A stretch of DNA of 46,554 bases from Theionarchaea archaeon (GTDB lineage Archaea > Methanobacteriota_B > Thermococci > Methanofastidiosales > SZ-28-30): positions 1 to 46,554 of the forward strand of contig JACVGW010000013.1 of assembly GCA_018992565.1 (NCBI GenBank), given 5' to 3'. Of the stretch, positions 38,133 to 46,554 are shown in pieces. The position numbers and the translations under genes were made by a program. Under the pieces are notes generated by a model. It searched no databases and was not told where the DNA came from. It was given only the letters and a program-made list of their open reading frames with translations. Each line of letters begins with the position of its first letter. Positions within the stretch are counted from its first letter, which is position 1.

Positions 38133-39809
38133 ATGAAAGGAGCTGCACTTCTGGTTGGATCGTTAATAGAGCATGAGGTAAAGTATATTTTTGGACTGCC
38201 AGGAGATACCAGCCTGGATTTCTATGAGGCTTTGTATGATATGCAGGATGAACTATGCCATGTCCTGGCTACGGACGAACGGAATGCAGCATATATGGCA
38301 GATGCCTATGCCAGGATCACCAATAAACCAGGGGTATGTGAAGGACCCTCTGGTGGGGGGGCTTCATATATTATACCTGGGCTGTATGAAGCCAATTACT
38401 CATCACTGCCCATGGTGGCAATCAATACAGACATACCCGTGACAGGGATAGGAAAGGGGGTACTCACTGAAATGGATCAGGTACACTTTTTTGAAGATGC
38501 TTCCAAGTGGAGTACGATCGTTACCCAGGCAGGAAGAATACCTGAAATAATGAGGAATGCATTCAGGGAAGCCACCACTGGGAAGCCAGGAGCAGTCCAT
38601 CTCAGCTTCCCCATGGATGTTCTGGGCTGTGAAGTTGCCCGGGAAGCCAACGTGTTCAAGAAACTGTATACTGCCATTCCGGCGGTGCGGACCTGCCCTT
38701 CCGCTGAAGAGGTAAACGAGGCTCTGAAAATCATCATGGAATCAGAAGCCCCCTTCGTGGTAGCAGGAGGAGGTATCCACCTCTCCCAGGCATATGAAGC
38801 GCTCGAAGAGTTTGCTATCATAACAGGCAGCCTGGTGGGAACCAGTATAACTGGGAAAGGAAGTATTGATGAGGAGCATCCACTCAGTGCAGGGGTGGTG
38901 GGAGAGAATGGGGGAAGTCCCACAGCCAACGTCATGTTGTGTGAAGCTGATCTGGTACTCTTCATAGGAACACAGACGGGTTCCGTAGTCACCAGTCACT
39001 GGAAAACTCCTCCTGATGATGGCAGAAGAAAGATCATACAGGCAGACATTGATCCTCATGAGATAGGAAGGAACTACAATGTGGACTGCGGACTGATTGG
39101 AGATGCACGAAGCGTTCTGGAGGCTCTGGTGAAAGGGCTGGGTATGCATATGAAAAAGGATGTGGAGAGGAATAGCAGGCTTAATAAAACGATAGCTGCA
39201 TGGAAGGAAGCTGAACTGTCAGAAATTGGCGTTTCGAGATCTGTGCACCCCTTGACTGTGGTGAAGACATGCAAGAAGCTACTGCCTGAGGATGTTATTC
39301 TGGTTGCCGATGCAGGAACACCTACCCCGTATTTTGCCTCATTTTATCCTTCCAAGGCAGGAAGAATGTTTCTGAGTCCGCGGGCATTTGGCTCTCTTGG
39401 ATACGCCATACCCGGAGCTGTTGGGGCACACAAGGCACGTCCCTCGTCACGGATTGTCTCTTTGACAGGAGATGGAAGTGTGCTTGTGAGCATGGCGGAG
39501 TTAGCCAGTATAGCAAGGGAACAGATTCCTGCTGTAGTCATTCTCTTTCATAATAATGAGTACGGGTGGATTAAGACACACCTGAAATACAGGAAAGAAC
39601 AGAAGTACCTCTCAGTAGACCTGCCAGAGGTGAAATACGATGCCGCTGCTGAATCCCTGGGGTTACGGTCATATGTGGCAGAGACAGATGAGGAATTTGA
39701 GGAAACCCTGAAGATGGCATTGAAAACTGATGACCCTACCTTCATTGACGCTCATACCATGAAGCTTCATGAGATAGCACCTGAGAAGCTCCCCTGGAGC
39801 ATCCACTAG
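38133..39809 (+). CDS. Thiamine-diphosphate-dependent enzyme (acetolactate synthase large subunit-like)
   Basis: FGLPGD, DERNAAYMADAYAR, PGAVHL, GDGS..NNEYG. No ilvH/ilvC nearby. Confidence 0.88.
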   Translation: MKGAALLVGSLIEHEVKYIFGLPGDTSLDFYEALYDMQDELCHVLATDERNAAYMADAYARITNKPGVCEGPSGGGASYIIPGLYEANYSSLPMVAINTDIPVTGIGKGVLTEMDQVHFFEDASKWSTIVTQAGRIPEIMRNAFREATTGKPGAVHLSFPMDVLGCEVAREANVFKKLYTAIPAVRTCPSAEEVNEALKIIMESEAPFVVAGGGIHLSQAYEALEEFAIITGSLVGTSITGKGSIDEEHPLSAGVVGENGGSPTANVMLCEADLVLFIGTQTGSVVTSHWKTPPDDGRRKIIQADIDPHEIGRNYNVDCGLIGDARSVLEALVKGLGMHMKKDVERNSRLNKTIAAWKEAELSEIGVSRSVHPLTVVKTCKKLLPEDVILVADAGTPTPYFASFYPSKAGRMFLSPRAFGSLGYAIPGAVGAHKARPSSRIVSLTGDGSVLVSMAELASIAREQIPAVVILFHNNEYGWIKTHLKYRKEQKYLSVDLPEVKYDAAAESLGLRSYVAETDEEFEETLKMALKTDDPTFIDAHTMKLHEIAPEKLPWSIH

Positions 39810-39978
39810 GAAAATTCACACATGCACGAGAGACAGTGGATTCTTTTAGATTATTAGAAATTTTCAATCAGGAAAGAAGTAAATAAATACTATTCCCTTT
39901 CACTTATGGTTCGCTTTCAGGGTTTCAGCATTTTTCTTTTTCTCTTTAAATTTTTGATTGTCTTAATCTAGCAACAAG

Positions 39979-40035
39979 CGAAAACTTTATAAACACTCAT
40001 ATACATGCATATGTATAAACTCACACAGGAGGTGA
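39979..40035 (+). promoter_or_regulatory. Promoter and SD of C25 protease 2
   Basis: CGAAAACTTTATAAACA (BRE/TATA), ATACAT-N4-ATGTAT inverted repeat, GGAGGTGA. Confidence 0.6.
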
Positions 40036-40040
40036 AAGAC

Positions 40041-42365
40041 ATGAAAAGTGTAAAGACAGTGCTTGTTTTGACGGTTTTGCTAGGTTTAAGTCTCCCAGCA
40101 GCCTTTGGCGGAGATACACTTTCCGTGGACTATCACTTCACCTTGGTGCCTGCATCCGGGTGTGGCGACTATATGATAGAGGGTTCATTCACTCAGGCGA
40201 TTCCAGGAGAACCGCTCGTACCCTACTATCCTGCCACTATCCTGCTTCCTGAGGGCACAACAGTGAAAGACGTGAAGGTGAAGACTTCAGCCCCTATAGT
40301 CCAAACAGGGATGAACCTGTCATGGGGTCAGCCCCCGTGCACGTTCAGTGATGAACCTGTGACAGTAGGAAAGAATGAAGAGATATATAGCTCCGACAAT
40401 GAATACCCCAACACACTGTTTGAAGTAGTCTCTTTGAGCTCTTTCAGGGGATTCCAGATTCTGAATGTGAACCTGTACCCAATCCAGTACAAGCCCAGAT
40501 CTGGTACCATAAAGTACTATGAGACCATGACCGTTGAAGTGCAATTCGGCAAAGAAATGAAGAACAAGTTGTACAGAGGACTCTCAGGTGACAAAGGTGC
40601 TGTTGCTGCTTTTGTAGACAACCCGGAAACAGTGACCACATATTCTGATGGCCCTGAACCCATGCAGACTGAGGAGTACATCATTATCACAGATGATACC
40701 ATGCAGTCAACATTCCAGGAATTAGCAGCCTGGAAAGCTAATTGGATCAATGGTGCAGGCGTTTACACAGTAAGCTGGATTACTTCAACCTACAGTGGAA
40801 CGGATGACGCAGAAAAGATTCGAAATTTCATCATTGACTGGTATACAAACCACGGCACGAAGTACGTGTTGCTGGGTGGTGACGTGTCTGCTGTACCCTA
40901 CAGAGGGTTCTACATCTACTCTGGTGGGTATGTTGACTACGACATGCTGGCTGACATGTACTTTGGACACCTGGACGGCACGTGGAATAATGACGGCGAC
41001 AGCTACTGGGCAGAACCTGGTGAAGAAGACTGGTATGCTGAAGTGGGTGTAGGTCGAGCACCATGCCAGACTGTAACAGAGGCTCAGAACTTTGTCACCA
41101 AGGTCATTGCCTACGAGAAAGCTGAAAAACCCAAGAGAGTTCTCTTGCACCAGTCCAGAGTCTTGTCTGGCAACAGCCCTGACTCCAGATGTCTTGCCTA
41201 CAACTGTGATGACTGGGTACCTGGTGACTACACCATTGACTACCTCTTTGAGGAAGATGCTACTGTTACCAAAGCAGCATGGATCTCTCACTGGGCTCAA
41301 AATCCCGCAGCAGTAGCCCATATAGGACATGGGAATACTAGTGTTTACTACATCAACTACGAAATTGGTGGTACAATAAGCTGGTACAATTCAGACATAC
41401 CCAGCATGACCAATACCTTCTGGCCCTGGACCACCAGTGTCGCCTGCATCACGGGACAGATCGAATCCAACGATTGCCTGGCAGAAGCGTATGTCATGGA
41501 CCCTGACAATGGTGCTATTGTGGCAATCTACAACGACAACTACGGATGGTTCAACACAGGTAATGCATGTATGTACTCAGGTGAGTTCTGCGAAATGGAG
41601 TTCAGAGCCTGCTACAATGACTTAGAGGAGAAGTTTGGTGACATGCTGAACCAATCTCGCAACTACATGGTATCTTCAGCAAGCAGCAACTCCACTTACA
41701 GATGGTGCTTCTACGAAAGGAACATTGTGGGAGACCCCGAGTCGCCCAGCCTAACGGTGAGAATAGATGGGGACAGTGTTACCATAACCAATCCGCATGA
41801 TGGTGACACAGTCGAGGGTGTCGTCCCTATCACCACATCTACTCAGGGATGTATTGACACAGTGGAATTCTACATTGGCGGAACGCTCACCTACACAGAT
41901 ACTGTAGCACCCTTTGAGTACAGCTGGGACACCAACCTGTACGAAGATGCAACCTACTCCCTTGAAGTGAAAGGATATTGCTCTGGTGAATACACGGACA
42001 ACCACATAATCAATGTCACAGTGGACAATTCAGTCCCTGCTTCATTGACTATAACCTACCCACAGATCGGACAGACCCTGTCTGGTGTGGTGACGGTAAC
42101 CACTGACGCAGCAGGCGTTGATGAAGTACGGTTCTACGTTAGTGATAGCTACGCATATACAGACTATACTGCACCCTTTACGTGGGACTGGGATACCACC
42201 CTGTACAAGAACAAGGGAGGCTACAGCCTGACCGCAGAAGGCTACAAGGGAGGAGAGTTCCAGGTCTCAGATGAAGTGAGCCGGCTCAAGATCAGCAACC
42301 CAAGCATAGCACTGCTGTCATTCCTGGTATTATTCCTGCCAATAGGAATCTACTGGAGAAAGTAA
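40041..42365 (+). CDS. Secreted, membrane-anchored C25 cysteine peptidase, paralog 2 (two Ig-like domains)
   Basis: Same architecture as 8773-11361: HIGHGN, VACITG, NIVGDP, C-terminal TM + RK. ATG 40041 follows GGAGGTGA. Confidence 0.88.
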   Translation: MKSVKTVLVLTVLLGLSLPAAFGGDTLSVDYHFTLVPASGCGDYMIEGSFTQAIPGEPLVPYYPATILLPEGTTVKDVKVKTSAPIVQTGMNLSWGQPPCTFSDEPVTVGKNEEIYSSDNEYPNTLFEVVSLSSFRGFQILNVNLYPIQYKPRSGTIKYYETMTVEVQFGKEMKNKLYRGLSGDKGAVAAFVDNPETVTTYSDGPEPMQTEEYIIITDDTMQSTFQELAAWKANWINGAGVYTVSWITSTYSGTDDAEKIRNFIIDWYTNHGTKYVLLGGDVSAVPYRGFYIYSGGYVDYDMLADMYFGHLDGTWNNDGDSYWAEPGEEDWYAEVGVGRAPCQTVTEAQNFVTKVIAYEKAEKPKRVLLHQSRVLSGNSPDSRCLAYNCDDWVPGDYTIDYLFEEDATVTKAAWISHWAQNPAAVAHIGHGNTSVYYINYEIGGTISWYNSDIPSMTNTFWPWTTSVACITGQIESNDCLAEAYVMDPDNGAIVAIYNDNYGWFNTGNACMYSGEFCEMEFRACYNDLEEKFGDMLNQSRNYMVSSASSNSTYRWCFYERNIVGDPESPSLTVRIDGDSVTITNPHDGDTVEGVVPITTSTQGCIDTVEFYIGGTLTYTDTVAPFEYSWDTNLYEDATYSLEVKGYCSGEYTDNHIINVTVDNSVPASLTITYPQIGQTLSGVVTVTTDAAGVDEVRFYVSDSYAYTDYTAPFTWDWDTTLYKNKGGYSLTAEGYKGGEFQVSDEVSRLKISNPSIALLSFLVLFLPIGIYWRK

Positions 42366-42412
42366 ATTTCCTTTTTTTTCCTTTTTTTGTCTTTCAGTTT
42401 GTCTTTTGTCTT
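42366..42412 (+). terminator. Oligo-T terminator of C25 protease 2
   Basis: Several T runs right after the stop codon. Confidence 0.65.
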
Positions 42413-42561
42413 CTCACGCTCAAATGTTGGCACATAGTCACGTATGTGACCTAGAGTTCCTCATTCTCAGAATCCTTAGCTCTCAAAAACCTGCAATGCT
42501 ATGGCGAGAGGTTAAGACATAAATGAGAATTCCGATTACTTCATAAACCTGTCATGATGCC

Positions 42562-43617
42562 TCATTCTCTGCGCGAGGTTTTTACAATCAGTAGCAACAA
42601 TACCCCAACCATCGCCAGGATTGCACTCCATCCAGTATCCTTCTCCCACCACTCTCCTACAAAGAACAGGACTGTGTCATCAGGAGAAAACCAGCCGGAA
42701 TGACAGAGGAATCCCTCAGGAACATACTCGGGTGTCACATTTCTCTGTTCTTTACCATCTGCATTCATGATGTGGAGATCATACACACCCCTTTCCCCTA
42801 TTGCTGTAACAATATATGAAATTCTGCTGCCATCATGAGACCAGGTGGCCAATCCCTGGGTGTACCCCGTTGAGGTTAGGGCATGCTCTGAAGAACCATC
42901 TGTATTGATGCAGACTATATCATAGTTGCCGTGACAGGTCTTGTCGTCCACCAATCGCTCAAAGACAATCTTCCTTCCATCAGGACTCAATCGAGGGTCA
43001 TAATCTCCAAATGGCAGAACAGCTTTTCCCCATTCTCCTGCACGAGGGGGATTGGTGACAGGATGGGCCCCCGTTCCGTCATGGTTCATCATCCATATTT
43101 GACTCTCCCTAGTGAAGACAATAGTCTGACCAACCCAGTTGATGTCCCCATCGTGGAACCCAGAATCATACAGGAGGCTCACATTGCTCCCATCACTATT
43201 CATGATGTAAATATCCAGAGTCTCTCTAAAGGAAAGAAATGCAATCTTCTCTCCATCAGGGGACCAGCACGGGTATGTATCCATGACAGTATTGTCCGTT
43301 AACCTTCTAAAATTCCTTCCATCATACTGGATGCTGCAAATTTCCTCCTGGTCGCCTGTATCACCATATACCTGAGAGAAAACAAAGGTATCTCCCTTCC
43401 CATTCAATTGGAGTCCAGATATTTTTATTGAAGAGCTATAAATCAGAGAAATTTCCTCAGTAGCAAGATCAAAAGCGTAAATTCCCCATCTTTCTTCTCT
43501 GGGTACACTCTTACCCACAAGATCACCTTGCACGAGGAGCATGCAATTCATGCCTTCAAGCGCCAGAATCACCAGAAAGGAAATAACCACATATGCACTG
43601 TACTTCATACGTGACAT
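42562..43617 (-). CDS. TolB-like / PD40 beta-propeller surface protein
   Basis: Repeated WSPDG/SPDG/WSHDG and IYIMNSDGS motifs; N- and C-terminal hydrophobic segments. Confidence 0.85.
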   Translation of the reverse strand: MSRMKYSAYVVISFLVILALEGMNCMLLVQGDLVGKSVPREERWGIYAFDLATEEISLIYSSSIKISGLQLNGKGDTFVFSQVYGDTGDQEEICSIQYDGRNFRRLTDNTVMDTYPCWSPDGEKIAFLSFRETLDIYIMNSDGSNVSLLYDSGFHDGDINWVGQTIVFTRESQIWMMNHDGTGAHPVTNPPRAGEWGKAVLPFGDYDPRLSPDGRKIVFERLVDDKTCHGNYDIVCINTDGSSEHALTSTGYTQGLATWSHDGSRISYIVTAIGERGVYDLHIMNADGKEQRNVTPEYVPEGFLCHSGWFSPDDTVLFFVGEWWEKDTGWSAILAMVGVLLLLIVKTSRRE

Positions 43618-43725
43618 TTTTCACTGATATTTATGACTTTTCTGGTTCATCCAGATTGGTAGAGTAGCATAGAGACAATGGCACTTGCTGCAAAAGCTTT
43701 TTTGAATGGAGAGTAATGAGAGAGT

Positions 43726-44289
43726 ATGACTGAGAACATTCATAATCCTTTCCTGGCGGGAGAACGAATCTACCTCAGGGCTGTGGAGACAGGAGACCTT
43801 CCACTGATCTGCAGGTGGGCGAATGATCCCGAGATCAGGAGACTGACTGGTGAGGTGCTGCCCATGAGCATGAACCAGGCCACAGAGTTTCTGGGTAGGA
43901 TATCTACTGAGAAAGAGAGAGTATGGTTCTCGGTAGTATTAAAAGAGAATGACCGCATTATAGGAGAAGCTGGACTCCTGAGAATGTTTCATTTCTGGAG
44001 GACTACAGATCTAACGCTTATTATTGGAGAGAAAGACTGCTGGGGAAAGGGATACGGTACAGAAGCTATACTCCTTCTGCTGGACTATGCCTTTGGATAT
44101 TTGAATTTCCACAGGGTGGCTGTTGGAGTGGTGGGCTTCAACGAGAAGGCATTACAATTCTACCAGAAAGTTGGGTTCAGGAAGGAAGGCATCCAGAGAG
44201 ATGGGTACTATTACGACCATCACTATCATGATTTTGTCATGATGAGTATTCTGGAAAATGAATTCAGGCCAGAGATTAAAAAGGTGTGA
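43726..44289 (+). CDS. GNAT acetyltransferase (RimJ/RimL/SpeG-like)
   Basis: IYLRAVE, WGKGYGTEA, NEKALQFYQKVGF.KEG. Confidence 0.9.
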   Translation: MTENIHNPFLAGERIYLRAVETGDLPLICRWANDPEIRRLTGEVLPMSMNQATEFLGRISTEKERVWFSVVLKENDRIIGEAGLLRMFHFWRTTDLTLIIGEKDCWGKGYGTEAILLLLDYAFGYLNFHRVAVGVVGFNEKALQFYQKVGFRKEGIQRDGYYYDHHYHDFVMMSILENEFRPEIKKV

Positions 44290-44619
44290 CTCTCTTCAGA
44301 ATATTCAGAGACATGTATCTAGCAAGAAGTCGTGATAGCACTGCGAGGGCTAGGCATCTAGGGAACATTGAATGAGAATTCCAATACAAGAGGTCTTTAT
44401 CAGTCAGTTAGATTCACCATTAATTTGATTTGGATATTCTCCCACAAATATTAGCTACATGCCAACTGGACCTCTGATGAAAGCTCTAATGACAAAAAGA
44501 ACGCTTGAGATTTTGCACAGACCGGCATCCGAAAATTCACAGCCTGAAAGAACCGGTATATGGAAAAGTCCTACCGTACTAGCCAAAAGACTTTTATAGT
44601 AGAAAGGAAAAGGAAATTC

Positions 44620-45207
44620 ATGACAATGGAACCTGAGTCAGAAGATAGCGAGAAGATCTGGAAGGAATTCCTGAGAAAGCATTGGAAAGCGGTTGCTTTG
44701 TTTGTCGCAGGAGTTATTCTGGTATTCCTAGATGCAATTCTTGTCTATTTATGGTTCGTAGAAAAAGCTCAAGTGACTGGTCTGGTACCAATGACTTTGA
44801 ACCTATGGGCCATGGGACATCTCGTGACTTTTGTGCTACACGTGATCTTCTGGGAAGTTCTCTTCACCGGAGCCCCGGTGATCTTGGTAGCAGTAGCAGT
44901 CTGGCAATTGTGGTGGGAAAAATTCCCTGATGACGAAAAGGAACGATACAGGCGCGGACATCTCCTCTCAGGTACTCGCTCGCGCAGCACAAACGGAGGG
45001 GGAGGAATATCGTTCTTAATCCTTATTGCGTTCATCATCAAGATCTACCTTGATGGAAACTGGAATATCCCTTTTGCAACGTGGACATTTGACTATCTGG
45101 TGTATTCCTGTGTCAAAGCACTACTCTGGGTTTTAATCATATGCGGAATACCTTTAGCAGTAGGAGGAACCTGGTGGTTACACCATGAAATGAAGAAGAA
45201 CCCCTAG
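44620..45207 (+). CDS. Hypothetical 4-TM membrane protein
   Basis: Four hydrophobic segments; TATA near 44592 favours a start at 44620 or 44626. Confidence 0.7.
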   Translation: MTMEPESEDSEKIWKEFLRKHWKAVALFVAGVILVFLDAILVYLWFVEKAQVTGLVPMTLNLWAMGHLVTFVLHVIFWEVLFTGAPVILVAVAVWQLWWEKFPDDEKERYRRGHLLSGTRSRSTNGGGGISFLILIAFIIKIYLDGNWNIPFATWTFDYLVYSCVKALLWVLIICGIPLAVGGTWWLHHEMKKNP

Positions 45208-45435
45208 TATTCTGAGTCCACTCTTACGCCTTGTTGAGGCAGGTTACCAGTGTTGGCGAGTGGTTAGACAGCTCTAACGGTGTTATTCTGCAAATAACAA
45301 ATAGCATCAAATCTCATAACGAAACCCTGTGGATAATTCACCGAATTGAATATGACATGTAGCCTTTACGACACTGAATGACTTCAACTTCAATTCTGGC
45401 GAAACTATTATAGGCAGCATTCTCCAGAAATATAT

Positions 45436-46554
45436 ATGCTCGTCATCAAGAATGCCTCAGAACTCCTCACTCTAAAAGGTGGATCCAGGACAAAAGAGAG
45501 AATGAAGGACTTGGCTATCATTCAGAAGGGTGCTGTAGCTATGGAAGGAGAGACCATAACGGCAGTGGGAAAAACATCCAAAATTGACTGTGAAGGAGAA
45601 GCCATCGATGCGGAGGGAAAAGTGGTCATGCCAGGATTTGTGGACCCCCACACGCACTTGATTTTTGATGGTACTCGTGAGGAAGAGTTTCAAATGAAGA
45701 TTGAAGGGAAATCATACATGGAAATCATGAAAGCAGGGGGGGGAATCTATTACACTGTTGACAAGACACAGAAAGCCACCAAACAGCAACTGAAGAAGCG
45801 TGCAGCACGGACTCTGGACCGCATGCTGCAGTATGGAACCACCACAATAGAAGCGAAATCAGGATATGGCCTTGATCTGAAAACGGAAATTAAATCACTG
45901 GAGTGCATAAATGAAATTGAACATTCTGTTGAGCGCATACCCACGTATCTGGTCCATGCTGTACCCAGGGGGTTTTCCGGGGACTATATTCACCATGTAA
46001 TTGGAGATATCTTGCCGCGAGCAGCTCCCCTTGCAGAATTTGTGGACGTTTTTTGTGAAGAGGGAGTGTTTTCTTTTCAACAGACAAAAGAGATTGTAGA
46101 TGCTGCCCGGGGCTATGGGTTGCGTCCCCGGTTACATGTAGATGAATTCTCTTCTGGAGGGGCCGAACTGGCAGCTGACCTGGAATGCATGTCAGCAGAT
46201 CATCTGGAGAATACTACCAAAGCCGGGATTCAGAAGCTGGCAGAGAGCCAGACTGCCGGGATACTGCTGCCGGGTACACCCTTTGTCCTGAACGGGGAGT
46301 ATCCTGATGCTCGGCGGATGATCGAGGCAGGAGTTCTCGTGGCACTAGCGACCGATTTTAACCCAAATTGCCTGACAGAATCCATGCAGTTCATCATCAG
46401 TCTGGCCTGCATAAAAATGAGAATGACTCCAGCCGAGGCTATTACAGCAGCCACCGTGAATGCTGCGTATTCTGTGGGCAGAGAGAATATCGGATCCCTG
46501 GAGGTGGGAAACCAGGCAGACATCATTGTCCTTGATATACCCAATTACAAACAC
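45436..46554 (+). CDS. hutI: Imidazolonepropionase (3' end truncated by window)
   Basis: Not in the ORF track. Manual translation: MLVIKNA..PGFVDPHTHL..GGGIYYTV..EAKSGYG..VDVFCE..HVDE..SADHLE..LLPGT..ATDFNPN..GNQAD. Confidence 0.93.
   Translation, partial: MLVIKNASELLTLKGGSRTKERMKDLAIIQKGAVAMEGETITAVGKTSKIDCEGEAIDAEGKVVMPGFVDPHTHLIFDGTREEEFQMKIEGKSYMEIMKAGGGIYYTVDKTQKATKQQLKKRAARTLDRMLQYGTTTIEAKSGYGLDLKTEIKSLECINEIEHSVERIPTYLVHAVPRGFSGDYIHHVIGDILPRAAPLAEFVDVFCEEGVFSFQQTKEIVDAARGYGLRPRLHVDEFSSGGAELAADLECMSADHLENTTKAGIQKLAESQTAGILLPGTPFVLNGEYPDARRMIEAGVLVALATDFNPNCLTESMQFIISLACIKMRMTPAEAITAATVNAAYSVGRENIGSLEVGNQADIIVLDIPNYKH

Noticed and set aside
42522..44382. Direct repeat AATGAGAATTCC (42522, 44371) flanking the TolB-like and GNAT genes as att sites or a target-site duplication
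   Set aside because: Only 12 bp and AT-rich, with no recombinase or terminal inverted repeats; compatible with chance.
315..46554. Numerous short ORFs in the supplied track that are antisense or out of frame to long genes (e.g. 16890-17390, 26656-27159, 34321-34953, 40785-41330, 46230-46544)
   Set aside because: They are shadows of well-supported genes, with no motifs or expression signals.

Overview
Archaeal chromosomal segment, judged from TATA/BRE promoters, GGAGGTG SD sites, oligo-T terminators, an archaeal-type tRNA-Pro without encoded CCA, and a DUF835 gene. The gene mix suggests an anaerobic peptide-fermenting euryarchaeon; Theionarchaea-like is my inference only. It holds about 40 CDS, one tRNA and two pseudogene remnants; I found no CRISPR array, transposase or integrase. 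Redox genes: iron-sulfur flavoprotein, an orphan FrhG-FrhB fusion, and a tandem-HdrA/HdrD-like/korD/korA operon. Protein scavenging: two membrane-anchored C25 (gingipain-like) protease paralogs and an OPT transporter. Other loci: a divergent PGK-like protein, a UPF0175/PIN toxin-antitoxin pair, and arsM with a divergent Cys-rich PadR plus four operator palindromes. A large amino-acid stereochemistry cluster comprises an SSS symporter, peptidase, isomerase/racemase, two lysA paralogs, a class-V PLP enzyme and dapF, with dapA, cysK, a racemase, Lrp and a ThDP enzyme nearby. Best candidates for undescribed systems: (1) an uptake/catabolic DAP and D-amino-acid (peptidoglycan-scavenging) cluster sharing a CCWGAATATTCWGG palindrome with dapA; (2) a PadR-type arsenite sensor with its TATCGG-N4-CCGATA operators; (3) an unannotated 28-aa Arg/Pro-rich ORF with a full set of expression signals.
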